IMG/VR virus record: IMGVR_UViG_3300048577_000448
Location: 1-57,504 of that record
Direction: 5' to 3' (one strand)
Length of the DNA: 57,504 bases
Origin: a virus
Lineage: Duplodnaviria > Caudoviricetes
Part shown: positions 38,801 through 47,686 of the stretch, one piece after another
Position numbering within the stretch: position 1 is the first letter of the stretch
How the letters are laid out: each line of letters opens with the position of its first letter
Notes under the pieces: model-generated
Told to the model about the DNA's origin: nothing
Seen by the model: only the letters and a program-made list of their open reading frames with translations
Database searches by the model: none
Translations under genes and position numbers: made by a program

Positions 38801-39385
38801 ATGGGCGCGATGAAAGCCGCTGTAGTGGGCGGGAAGTACGAGCCTCGCAAGTCCATCAATATCCCGACCGGAAAGTCGCTGACCGTTGGCGGTACGACCA
38901 TTGACGCCAATACGTTGGCTATGGACGGACTGACCGCCAGCGCCGCCGAGCTTAACAAGCTGGACAACTGCACCGCCACCACGGCTGAACTCAACCTTGT
39001 GGACGGCCAGCCCGCCACCGTGGCGTTTGCCATTGCCGCCGGGGGCGCGAATGTGGCCGAAGTCACCATAACCGTCAAGGATGCGGCCGGCGCGACCTTG
39101 ACCGGCATTCGCAACCTGGAGGTCTGGCTTTCCGACGCCGCGACCGGTGCGGGATTGACCGGGACCACGGCCAGCGGAACGGTTCAGGCTAAGTCTGCCT
39201 CCGGCACGGTGCTGACCGCCTTGACGGCCAAGAAGCATTTGACCGTTCAAACGTTGGCCGCTGGAACCTTCGTCCTGGAAATCACCGACAGCGCCAAGAC
39301 CGGCTTTTACGTGGCGGTCAAAAACCCCATGTCTGGCGCGCCCATTGTGTCCACGCAGTTGGTCACGGGCAGTTACGGGGCCTAA
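38801..39385 (+). CDS. Putative head decoration / fibre protein
   Basis: LTASAAELNKLD / TATTAELNLVD repeats, Ala/Thr/Gly-rich beta domain. Confidence 0.6.
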   Translation: MGAMKAAVVGGKYEPRKSINIPTGKSLTVGGTTIDANTLAMDGLTASAAELNKLDNCTATTAELNLVDGQPATVAFAIAAGGANVAEVTITVKDAAGATLTGIRNLEVWLSDAATGAGLTGTTASGTVQAKSASGTVLTALTAKKHLTVQTLAAGTFVLEITDSAKTGFYVAVKNPMSGAPIVSTQLVTGSYGA

Positions 39386-39387
39386 CC

Positions 39388-39459
39388 ATGGCCAAGAAAT
39401 CCACTCCGAAGTCCAAACCGATGCCCAAGCCCCCGAAGAAGGGCGGCAAGGGCTGCTAG
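39388..39459 (+). CDS. Lys/Pro-rich micropeptide MAKKSTPKSKPMPKPPKKGGKGC
   Basis: 23-codon ORF starting right after the previous stop, with phage-like codon usage. Confidence 0.5.
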   Translation: MAKKSTPKSKPMPKPPKKGGKGC

Positions 39460-39500
39460 AGCCAGACCAACCCGCCCCACGCGGGAGTCAATAACACCAT

Positions 39501-39533
39501 GGGCACAGGACGTGCCCCGAGGCCAGGAGGGCC
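39501..39533 (+). promoter_or_regulatory. Twin GGA-loop hairpin leader (scaffold)
   Basis: GGGCAC-AGGAC-GTGCCC then GGCC-AGGAG-GGCC (Shine-Dalgarno in the loop). Confidence 0.75.
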
Positions 39534-39536
39534 ACC

Positions 39537-40685
39537 ATGGAACTTAACCAGACCGGGGAGTCCCAGCAGACCAACCCCGCGACCACCGCGCCGGACTCCG
39601 GGCTGATGAGCCAGGAACAACCGACTCGCAAGTCTCACGAAGACGATTTTGCCGCGCTTATGGACAGCGCGTCCGCGCGTATGGCTGGTGTGCCTCCGAA
39701 GCAGCCCGAGCCGGCCCCTGCCCCGCAGCAGGACAAGCCGGCCGAGGTTGCCGAGGACAAGCCCGCAGCCGAGCCGGAGCAGACTACCCCTGAAGCGCCC
39801 AAGGCCGACGAACAGCAGGTCCAGCCGCAGCCCGAAACACCGCGCATCGTAAAACTGCGTGTGGACGGTCAGGAAATCGAAGTCCCTGAAGACCGTCTCG
39901 TCTCGCTGGCGCAGCAGGGACTTGACTACACCAAAAAATCGCAGGCCCTTGCCGATCAGCGCCGGCAGATGGAGGCTTGGCAAGCGGTTATCAACCGAGT
40001 CCAGACCGACCCCGCCTTTGCCGCGCGATTCCAGGGCCTTTTTGTCGAGCAGCCGCAGCAGCCCCAAGCCGTCGCGCCCGCGCCCCAGGAGACGCCGCCG
40101 GATGACCCGGTGGACCGCCTGAAGTGGGAGATTACCCGAGAGGCCGTGGCAAAGGCCCGGGAAGAAATCCTGGGAGAAGTTCGGCCCATGACGGAGCAAC
40201 AGGCGGCTATCCAGCACGCCATGCGGCTTCAGGCGGTCAAAAGCGACGTGATGCGTGACCCGGCCTATTCGGACACCATGCAAATGGTCCGTAGCTACGT
40301 GGAGAGCCAGCCGATGGCCTTCCGTGACCGCATCTACCGGACGCTGGACCAAGACCCCCAAGCCTTTATGGAGGTCTACGGCCAGGCGCGAGATCGCGTG
40401 ATGGCGATGCGTCAGCAGTTACCCCAGGCGCAGCCGCAGCCCGTCCAGCCGCAACAGCCACAAACCCCGCCGCAGCCCCAGCAGGTCGAGCGCAGGGTTA
40501 CCCCCCGCGAGGCTCCGAAGCTGGAGAGCGCCGGCCAGGGTGTTCCGCAAACAACCGAAAGTGCCGCCCGCGCGCAGTCTTTGAAGGACATTCGCAAGCG
40601 GGTGTTTAGTGGAAAGAGCACGGCCAGCGACCTTGGAGCCTTCCTTGAGGCCACCGGGGCCATTGGCCGCATGACCCAACGATAA
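39537..40685 (+). CDS. Scaffolding protein
   Basis: Acidic low-complexity N-terminus, VKLRVDGQEIEV...QQGLDYTKKSQALA; directly upstream of the capsid gene. Confidence 0.85.
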   Translation: MELNQTGESQQTNPATTAPDSGLMSQEQPTRKSHEDDFAALMDSASARMAGVPPKQPEPAPAPQQDKPAEVAEDKPAAEPEQTTPEAPKADEQQVQPQPETPRIVKLRVDGQEIEVPEDRLVSLAQQGLDYTKKSQALADQRRQMEAWQAVINRVQTDPAFAARFQGLFVEQPQQPQAVAPAPQETPPDDPVDRLKWEITREAVAKAREEILGEVRPMTEQQAAIQHAMRLQAVKSDVMRDPAYSDTMQMVRSYVESQPMAFRDRIYRTLDQDPQAFMEVYGQARDRVMAMRQQLPQAQPQPVQPQQPQTPPQPQQVERRVTPREAPKLESAGQGVPQTTESAARAQSLKDIRKRVFSGKSTASDLGAFLEATGAIGRMTQR

Positions 40686-40690
40686 ACACC

Positions 40691-40725
40691 GCTCACAGGA
40701 CGTGAGCGAGTACGCCAGGAGAGGC
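40691..40725 (+). promoter_or_regulatory. Twin GGA-loop hairpin leader (major capsid)
   Basis: GCTCAC-AGGAC-GTGAGC then GCC-AGGAGA-GGC. Confidence 0.75.
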
Positions 40726-40727
40726 AT

Positions 40728-40892
40728 ATGCCCGACGTTACCACTTCCAGCTATACCAGCGAGTCGACCGGCGTCCGCACCATGGGTGAAACCATTTTCG
40801 AGGACGTCGAAGGGACTATTCAGCTCATCAGCCCGGCCGACACGCCGTTTCAGGCCAGCATCGGCATGGAAAAGGCGACCAATATCTTGCAT
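40728..40892 (+). CDS. Major capsid protein, exon 1 (55 aa)
   Basis: MPDVTT...EDVEGTIQLISPADTPFQASIGMEKATNILH matches the N-terminus of SU10/DUF5309-type capsids; not in the ORF track. Confidence 0.9.
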
Positions 40893-41775
40893 TGACACAT
40901 TGGTGCAAGTAAAATATGGCTATATGCGGGAACACCCTTAGAGCTTTAGATGCCGAAGGTGCAAAAATGCTAAAGATTGGGCAATCCGCAGGGAAGAGTT
41001 ACGCGTATTTGCTTGGCGTTTATTTGGGTGACGGATGCGTCACGAACACCGGAAGGTACCCGATGTTTAGGCTCAACACGATAGATGCTGATTTTGCCGA
41101 TGCCACAAAAGCGGCCCTGGCAGACATTACAGACAGACATGTCGGTATCAGCGTTTACGCCGTGAAGAAGAGCTCAAAGCCTAACAACGACCTTCATTGT
41201 GGCGACCCCGAAATTTGCGCCAACCTGAAAGAAGTGACCCAAGACAAACAGATCATCCCGTTGTTTGTTTTCGAGTGGCCCAAAGAACTTCGTATGTCCT
41301 TCGTTGAAGGGATAATGGACAGCGAGGGGTATGTGGCAGAAAACAAGCGATGGGACACGGCTTGCAGCCGGTATTTTATGGGTTTTAAATCGTGTGACGT
41401 TTGGGTCAACGATTTCCATAAGATCCTGACTGGACTTGGTGTAAGGACTGGAGTCATTACTGCTGAGAAGCCGAGAAAGGAAGGATATAAGACCCCTTAT
41501 AGGTTTTATATCAAAATGCAGTCTTGGGTTGATTCTGGATTGAAGTTCAACATTGCGAGAAAGCAGAACAGGGTTGACGAATGGGCCGCAAACCCACGTT
41601 ATACCGAGCGCAAAGTTGGACCGCGTAGGCTCCCCTCAGAGACTACATGCCGTACAGCCGCTTAGGCGGTTGGTGATATAGTCCGACCTCTGGTGAGAGC
41701 CAGAGATCATGTCAGAAATGGCATGACGCCGCGAAAGCGGTTAGTAGGGTTGCCTCGCCCGAAAGTAACAGAACG
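40893..41775 (+). ncRNA. Group I self-splicing intron (883 nt)
   Basis: P1 CUUGCAU/GUGCAAG with U-G at the splice site; P3 UAUGGC/GCCGUA; P4 UGCGGG/UCCGCA; R UCAGAGACUA (41636-45), S GAUAUAGUCC (41675-84); P8 and P9 hairpins; terminal G41775. Confidence 0.93.
40916..41665 (+). CDS. Intron-encoded LAGLIDADG homing endonuclease
   Basis: Two motifs AYLLGVYLGDG and SFVEGIMDSEG; alternative start at 40967. Confidence 0.88.
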   Translation: MAICGNTLRALDAEGAKMLKIGQSAGKSYAYLLGVYLGDGCVTNTGRYPMFRLNTIDADFADATKAALADITDRHVGISVYAVKKSSKPNNDLHCGDPEICANLKEVTQDKQIIPLFVFEWPKELRMSFVEGIMDSEGYVAENKRWDTACSRYFMGFKSCDVWVNDFHKILTGLGVRTGVITAEKPRKEGYKTPYRFYIKMQSWVDSGLKFNIARKQNRVDEWAANPRYTERKVGPRRLPSETTCRTAA

Positions 41776-42570
41776 GAATGGTTAGAGGACGAGCTTGAAA
41801 CCCCCACCGGCTCCAATGCCGCCGTGGAAGGCGCTGATGCCGTGGCCGCCGAAATGCTGCCGCCCGAGCGCCTGTCCAGCCACACGCAGATCGTGGAAAA
41901 GACCTTCAAAATGAGTGGCACGATGGAGGCCGTCAACACCATCGGTCGCCAGGATCACGCCAAGTACCTGCTGGGAAAGAGCCTCAAGTACCTGAAGACC
42001 GAGATCGAAAAGATCATCATCAACAACGCCACCGACTCGGCCGGCAGCGCCACCACCGCCCGTACCACCAAGGGTCTGGACGGTTGGGTTTCGACCAACG
42101 ACAAGTCGTATGCGTCCTACAGCGCCAACAACGACTTCGACGAAACCAAGTTCATGGCGATGGCCGAGGCTGCCTATTCGGCCGGCGGCTACCCGTCCAT
42201 CCTGATGGTTCCGCCCAAGCAGGCCGTGGTCATCAGCAACTGGGACCAGGCCGGCAAGATCACCGTCAACCAGGAAGCCACATCCAAGACCCTGACTATG
42301 GCGGTCATGGTTCTCGAAACGCCGTTTGGCATCGTGAACGTGGTTATCGACAAGTGGATTTCCGAGGACACCGACAGCGGAACCAAGTACGACAGAATCT
42401 TCCTCTACGATCCCGAAAAACTCGCCATCGCCTGGCTCCGCAAGCTCAAGACCGTGCCTCTCGCCAAGACCGGCGACAACACGAAGTACCAGAGCCTGGG
42501 CGAGTTCGCTTTCGTGTGCCGCAGCGAGAAGGCTCATGCGAAGTGCAAGAAGTGCGCTCAGCCGTACTAG
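41776..42570 (+). CDS. Major capsid protein, exon 2 (spliced product 319 aa)
   Basis: EWLEDEL..P..NAAVEGAD, HTQIVEK...SGT, LAKTGD; joins exon 1 in frame as ..LH|EW.. Confidence 0.92.
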   Translation, partial: EWLEDELETPTGSNAAVEGADAVAAEMLPPERLSSHTQIVEKTFKMSGTMEAVNTIGRQDHAKYLLGKSLKYLKTEIEKIIINNATDSAGSATTARTTKGLDGWVSTNDKSYASYSANNDFDETKFMAMAEAAYSAGGYPSILMVPPKQAVVISNWDQAGKITVNQEATSKTLTMAVMVLETPFGIVNVVIDKWISEDTDSGTKYDRIFLYDPEKLAIAWLRKLKTVPLAKTGDNTKYQSLGEFAFVCRSEKAHAKCKKCAQPY

Positions 42571-42596
42571 CCAGCACTAGCAACTAACTGACCATG

Positions 42597-42632
42597 GCGG
42601 CCCTGTCTGTGTAGCGGGTGGGGCCGCTTTTT
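42597..42632 (+). terminator. Terminator after the capsid gene
   Basis: GCGGCCC...GGGCCGC followed by TTTTT. Confidence 0.75.
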
Positions 42633-42645
42633 AAAAGGGGGAGAC

Positions 42646-42969
42646 ATGCACGAGAATTTGGACATCCAGGCCGGGGCCAAGGAATTTACCGTCAAGCAGC
42701 ACGTTGTGCAGAACAACATGGACATTATGGCGTTCAACAAGATGTTACGAGCCCTTCCGCCTGAGCAGCGCAAGAGTTTCAAGAAGCAGACGCGCCTTTT
42801 GGCCGTCATTCCGTTTTACGCGCCCAAGGGCATGTTCCAGGCCGACGAAACCGCGCTGGGCATCACGCGCGACAAGGACAAGCTGGACTACCTGTTGCGC
42901 GAGGCCCCGGAGTTCCGGGCGGTTGACGATCCGCTCATGCGGGGCGGGAAGATTACGATTACGGGGTAG
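42646..42969 (+). CDS. Hypothetical head-completion-region protein
   Basis: GGGGGAG Shine-Dalgarno, 107 aa after the capsid gene. Confidence 0.7.
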   Translation: MHENLDIQAGAKEFTVKQHVVQNNMDIMAFNKMLRALPPEQRKSFKKQTRLLAVIPFYAPKGMFQADETALGITRDKDKLDYLLREAPEFRAVDDPLMRGGKITITG

Positions 42970-42991
42970 CTTAACCGGAGTCTAAAGCCAT

Positions 42992-43855
42992 ATGGATGCA
43001 TCGAAGCTTTTAAGGGGCCTTGGCCTCATGACCGCCGGGGCTGGCTCTGCGGCTTACGGCATGTCGCCGGACGATTCGGAGGCGGCGAGACTCTTCCATG
43101 GGACAAACATAGAGGGTTTACGAGGAATAAGAAAAACCGGAAAGATCAACTCTCCTGCGTATTTTACACCAGAGCGCAGCGTAGCAGAAGATTACGCTCG
43201 TGGAGGACCGGTTATTTCGGTTGAAGTCCCAGAAAACAAACTTAACATTGATTACGAGTCTAAAAATTGGGGCGACTTCATTGATGATAGCATGGGCGAA
43301 GATACGGTAGCCAATGCACTCCGTGATGGTGCTGCTGTCTATGCCATAGAAGACATCCCCGTTGGCGGGGGTAAGTTTTATTATCGAGGCAAGACAGGAT
43401 ATTTACCTGTCATTCTTGGCCTAACTGGATCCGGAGCTTACGGTCTCATGGGTGGTGACAATGATGCGGAGGCCAGCACGGCCACCAACCTCGAAAAGGC
43501 CCTTGTCCGTGACACAGAAGCCTCGGCCAAGCCCAAGGCGTGGGCCAAGGACGCCGGGAGTAACACCCCCAACGTCGCCCAAGCTGTCGCGCCATCCGAT
43601 CCATTCACCCCGTCGCCGTCGCAACTCGCGACCACGGCTGCCCTTGTCGCCGCGCTCAAGTCCAAAGACGCGCCCCTGGAAGACACCTATCAGCCGGCCG
43701 ACATGTTGACGGCGTTCGCGACGGGCGGAGGGAGTCTCGCGCAGCGCCTTGCACAGGCCGGACTTGACCCCATTTTCAGTGCCGGTATGGAATACCTACC
43801 CCGAGTAGCCGACGCGATTAATCCCCGCAACATTGTCATGGGCCTCATGCGATGA
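42992..43855 (+). CDS. Protein with an ADP-ribosyltransferase-like (H-Y class) domain
   Basis: LFHGT and AYFTPERSVAEDYA motifs, bounded by two hydrophobic-(S/A)EA repeats. Confidence 0.6.
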   Translation: MDASKLLRGLGLMTAGAGSAAYGMSPDDSEAARLFHGTNIEGLRGIRKTGKINSPAYFTPERSVAEDYARGGPVISVEVPENKLNIDYESKNWGDFIDDSMGEDTVANALRDGAAVYAIEDIPVGGGKFYYRGKTGYLPVILGLTGSGAYGLMGGDNDAEASTATNLEKALVRDTEASAKPKAWAKDAGSNTPNVAQAVAPSDPFTPSPSQLATTAALVAALKSKDAPLEDTYQPADMLTAFATGGGSLAQRLAQAGLDPIFSAGMEYLPRVADAINPRNIVMGLMR

Positions 43856-44349
43856 CTGATCTCCGCGACCACGACGTTTTGCTAGTTGTCGGCAAGTCTC
43901 CCGAGCGATGGGACGACGTGGAGCGGTTTTGGGAACTCGGGATAGATCATGACGTGTGCTGCATCAATCACACGGGAATTATCTACCCATGCCCGTTCAA
44001 GCACTGGTTTTCCCACCATCCAGCCGAACTTGTGGAGGGTATGGCTCCTTACAACCCCGGGGCACGGCTGCACACGACTGGACCGCCAATGAGCGGAATA
44101 AAGCGATGGAAAATCGTTGGGACAAAGGGAAGTTCGTCTCTCCTTGCCGCTCGATGCGCGCTGCACTTTTGGGGCTACAAACGGGTCGTCGTTGCCGGCG
44201 TGTCGCTCGACGGAGAGTACCACAAATTTTTTTACAACCATTGGGTGCAGGCTATGCCTGAAATATCAGGCCGAGTCCGTTCTATGAGTGGTCACACAAT
44301 GCGGCTGCTTGGAGAGCCAACCGTGGAGTGGGCGACGTCTACTGATTAG
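43852..44349 (+). CDS. GT29/Maf/MptE-like Rossmann-fold protein
   Basis: LVVGKSP, VCCIN, GSSSLLA...GYKRVVVAGVSL. Confidence 0.55.
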   Translation: MTDLRDHDVLLVVGKSPERWDDVERFWELGIDHDVCCINHTGIIYPCPFKHWFSHHPAELVEGMAPYNPGARLHTTGPPMSGIKRWKIVGTKGSSSLLAARCALHFWGYKRVVVAGVSLDGEYHKFFYNHWVQAMPEISGRVRSMSGHTMRLLGEPTVEWATSTD

Positions 44350-44387
44350 GACCGCCATCATGGATGGTCCGCGCACGCCAGGAGGGC
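44349..44387 (+). promoter_or_regulatory. Twin GGA hairpin leader (adaptor)
   Basis: GGACC..CCATCATGGATGGTCC then GCC-AGGAG-GGC. Confidence 0.65.
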
Positions 44388-44394
44388 ACAGCGC

Positions 44395-45003
44395 ATGTTA
44401 ATATCTTCACTTATTGACGATATACGCCTGGAGATTACGGATTCTGGCAGCAGCCGTTTCACGGACGCGCAGATCCTTTCCGTCATCAAAAAAGGGCTAG
44501 TCAGACTGGCGCACATCCTTTTTCGCAACGACATTGAGGCTGGCCGCCTGATCTACGAGTTCAGCACAATTGCTGGCGTCTCTGATTATCCACTGCCCGT
44601 CGACTTCATGAAAGACGTCGGACTTTACAAGCCAAATGGTGTTTCGTTGCCGTGCCAGACAGACAAGCAATGGGAAACCATCGTTTCTGCCAAAGAAACC
44701 TCCGTATACATAATCCGAGCTGGAACGCTTTACATCGCCGGGACTCCAGAAGCTTCAATGGAAATGAAGCTAATATACTGGAAGCTACCAGAAGTAGTTG
44801 ACATTTCCGTTTCCGATGACATGCCTTACGACGGGAAATTTGACTACATGGTTGCAGAATATGTGGCGATGCGTCTCAAGAACATTGACGAATCAGACGT
44901 CAGTCGGGACGTTGAACTTTTGGCCGACATGGAGAACCAGATCCTTGCTACATACGGGAGCCTGACTCCGACTGTCGTACGTCAACGCGGGTGGTTGCCG
45001 TAA
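44395..45003 (+). CDS. Head-tail adaptor protein
   Basis: 202 aa, TIAGVSDYPLPVDF; position before the nozzle. Confidence 0.7.
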   Translation: MLISSLIDDIRLEITDSGSSRFTDAQILSVIKKGLVRLAHILFRNDIEAGRLIYEFSTIAGVSDYPLPVDFMKDVGLYKPNGVSLPCQTDKQWETIVSAKETSVYIIRAGTLYIAGTPEASMEMKLIYWKLPEVVDISVSDDMPYDGKFDYMVAEYVAMRLKNIDESDVSRDVELLADMENQILATYGSLTPTVVRQRGWLP

Positions 45004-46499
45004 TGGCCTACAAATCAAGCAAACACCGCAATGTCACCCAACTGACGCTTACCTTCAATGGTGGGCTCAACGCTGCACAGTCTGGGACGAATATTGGAGA
45101 CAATCAGCTCCAAATTTGCAGCAACTTTGTCTATGCGAACAATCAGGACTTCCCGACCGTAAGGAATGGAGTTGTTCTGAATGGTGTTGCGCCTATTACG
45201 GAAGACGGAGAAAACGTCCCTATTGACAAACTGCACTATTACGTCAAGGACGCTTCGACTTCCTGGCTGGTCGCAGCAATCGGCGGGAGTCTTTATCGCC
45301 TGAATGGTTCTTCGTGGAGTCTTATTGGTGCGTTGAACTCCGTCGGCGTCATCCCGTGCATGTTGACCTATGGCGGGAAGCTTATCGTTGCCGATGGCGG
45401 TACATCGCTAAAATACTGGGACGGGACAACCTTCAGCTCTATTTCTGGCTCTCCACAGTACGCCACGGCCCTGGCCGAGATTGGTGGCCGGCTGGTTTCG
45501 AATAGCAAGGGAACCGGCGAATGGGACGGGGTCTTTTTTTCCAAGATCTACGACGAAACGGGGTGGGACCCAAACAACGGAGCTGTGACCGTTCGCGCCG
45601 GCTACAAGGATGCGCTGAACGTCGTGGCCTTTGGCGTCATGGGAACTGACCTGATCGTTTTCAAGGGTGGTCACGCCAAGCGGGTGTACCGAATCACCAC
45701 GGCTGGAGCGACCTCGACGTGGACGGTATCGCTGCTTATGTCGAATAGCACGGCCAGCGAAGCAGACGCCGTCGCCAATGTCGTGAACGATCTGATTTTT
45801 GCCGACGATTTTGGTATGAACTCGGTGAAAGCTGTCGACACCTACGGCGACCTTGCACAGGCCATGCTTGGCGTTCCAATCAACTCGCTTCTCAATGGCA
45901 AGCGTAGCAAGGAGCTTACGTTCTCGCCATTGTTTGGGATGCTCTTTGCCCTGTTCGCCGGATCAATAGATATCTACGTCTACCACCCCCACAACGGGGC
46001 TTTTACGACGATCAATGTCGGCGAATTGCAGATGAACAGTATCTGCGACACAAAGTCTACGGTCTATCTGGCTGGGCAGAACGGGAACCTTTATCAGTTC
46101 GTGGACGATGACGCCGATCAGCTTGAGACTGGCGTGGTTACGAGAATCCCGTGCTGGTTGAAATCGAAGTCGTTCACCTTCCCCGGCGACGTAGTAATTC
46201 GCAGAACCAGGGCCTACGTTGACGTTTTGACGCCAAATAGCGGGTCAATTTCGGCTGTAGGCAAGGATAACTATACGGAAACTCCGTTGTTTTCATGGGA
46301 ACCGTCGGCAGACAACTACATTTACAACGCAACAGGATACATATACGATGCCACCGAGTACATTGGTGGTGAGTCTGTTGGATACAGCGACTCAAACTCA
46401 CGATGGAGAAACGCCGCTTTGAGCTTCGTCTTCCGGGTTACGAGAGGACGAGTCAACATCAAAAACATTCTTGTCGATCTCGCTTTAGTCAACGGCTAG
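45003..46499 (+). CDS. Tail nozzle / DNA stabilisation protein (P22 gp10-like)
   Basis: FNGGLN start, beta-propeller-like composition, about 500 aa. Confidence 0.7.
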   Translation: MAYKSSKHRNVTQLTLTFNGGLNAAQSGTNIGDNQLQICSNFVYANNQDFPTVRNGVVLNGVAPITEDGENVPIDKLHYYVKDASTSWLVAAIGGSLYRLNGSSWSLIGALNSVGVIPCMLTYGGKLIVADGGTSLKYWDGTTFSSISGSPQYATALAEIGGRLVSNSKGTGEWDGVFFSKIYDETGWDPNNGAVTVRAGYKDALNVVAFGVMGTDLIVFKGGHAKRVYRITTAGATSTWTVSLLMSNSTASEADAVANVVNDLIFADDFGMNSVKAVDTYGDLAQAMLGVPINSLLNGKRSKELTFSPLFGMLFALFAGSIDIYVYHPHNGAFTTINVGELQMNSICDTKSTVYLAGQNGNLYQFVDDDADQLETGVVTRIPCWLKSKSFTFPGDVVIRRTRAYVDVLTPNSGSISAVGKDNYTETPLFSWEPSADNYIYNATGYIYDATEYIGGESVGYSDSNSRWRNAALSFVFRVTRGRVNIKNILVDLALVNG

Positions 46500-46531
46500 C
46501 AGGATGCCGGCCGAATTTGCCAGGAGGGCGA
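46494..46531 (+). promoter_or_regulatory. Twin GGA-loop hairpin leader (first ejection protein)
   Basis: GGCTAGC-AGGAT-GCCGGCC then TTGCC-AGGAG-GGCGA. Confidence 0.7.
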
Positions 46532-46532
46532 A

Positions 46533-47681
46533 ATGGCTTCAAACATTTATGGCATGACCGGCCTTATCGGCAGTCTCGCGGCCAACAACTACGATCTCTA
46601 CGGGACGACGCAACTCCCGAGTACGTGGACGGGCAGCGCCAAGACCTCATCCAGTGTCAGCAACCCCTTCAGCGGGTTGTCATACTCCGATCCAGGCGAC
46701 TACCAGAAATACGACAGTTGGGCCAACTGGACCGGAGCCGACAAGACCTACCGCAACCAGTACAACGACAACGGATACAGCCTGGGCAAGGCCAAGGAGT
46801 TTTACCAGCAGCCGAGCAACGGCGATTGGGCGAGCTTCCAGAACGCCTTGCAGCAGCCCGGTGAAATCGCAGCCCAGCAGGCCTACGATAAGTCGAAGGC
46901 GGCGCTTGAGGAGTGGGCCGGGGCCGGAGGTCTTTACGGTTCGTCGATCATGACGAAGCAGGCCAAGGACAGCGTGTATCAGCCCTATATGGACGCTCTG
47001 TCGACCAATGCCGCCAATGCCGCCTCCACGCGCTATCAGGCCCAGGACGCGAGCAGCCAATATCTCGCCAATCTCGCTAACAACATCTACGGGACGCGGA
47101 CCAACGAGTGGGGAAACCTCGACGCCCGCAACCTCCAGGAGGCGTTGGCGCAGAATCAGTTCAACCAGACACAGGACCAGCAGAAGGCCGCGCAGCAGCA
47201 GTACCTCAACAGCTACAACCTGTCTCGGTCGAACAACCAAAACAATTTCAACCTGAACAAGTCGCAGGGCGATGCTCAATGGAACCAGTGGGCGACAAAC
47301 CTTGACAACGCGATCATGCAGGAAGCCTACAACAACACCGTGGCTGGCACGAAGTGGAACACCTCGGAGCAGCAGCGAATCTACGAAAACAATTACAATC
47401 TGTGGAACAACATCAATCCGACCGAGGAAGAGAAGACCCAGAACGAGACGGCAAGTCTGGCGGCCGGGCGCGACAAGGCGAACAGCACCAATTGGGGCTC
47501 CCTAATTGGTTCCGGCGTTGGCTTGCTTGCGGCCCCGATGACCGGCGGCACGAGCCTTCTTGGTTCGCTCACCAGCGGTCTTGGCGGGTTGTTCGGGTCT
47601 AGCAGTGGATTCTCCGGTGGTGGATACGGAGAGCTTGGCAACGCTATGTTTAACTCCACTCCGTCTGCCTACTGGAAGTGA
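46533..47681 (+). CDS. Internal virion / DNA ejection protein
   Basis: N/Q/A-rich, GGLYGSS, C-terminal Gly-rich hydrophobic segment. Confidence 0.7.
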   Translation: MASNIYGMTGLIGSLAANNYDLYGTTQLPSTWTGSAKTSSSVSNPFSGLSYSDPGDYQKYDSWANWTGADKTYRNQYNDNGYSLGKAKEFYQQPSNGDWASFQNALQQPGEIAAQQAYDKSKAALEEWAGAGGLYGSSIMTKQAKDSVYQPYMDALSTNAANAASTRYQAQDASSQYLANLANNIYGTRTNEWGNLDARNLQEALAQNQFNQTQDQQKAAQQQYLNSYNLSRSNNQNNFNLNKSQGDAQWNQWATNLDNAIMQEAYNNTVAGTKWNTSEQQRIYENNYNLWNNINPTEEEKTQNETASLAAGRDKANSTNWGSLIGSGVGLLAAPMTGGTSLLGSLTSGLGGLFGSSSGFSGGGYGELGNAMFNSTPSAYWK

Positions 47682-47686
47682 TAACC

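Noticed and set aside
40893-40895. In-frame TGA in the capsid gene as stop-codon recoding or a pseudogene
   Set aside because: It is the first three bases of the group I intron; other genes terminate normally at TGA and TAG
40702-40941. 79-aa ORF from the track
   Set aside because: Shadow frame over capsid exon 1, which has the SD and the capsid motifs
40916-41665. Intein
   Set aside because: Not in frame with the capsid and no intein splice residues; RNA intron core elements are present instead
38230-42537. Long antisense ORFs over the structural genes
   Set aside because: Typical GC-rich shadow frames opposite well-supported + strand genes
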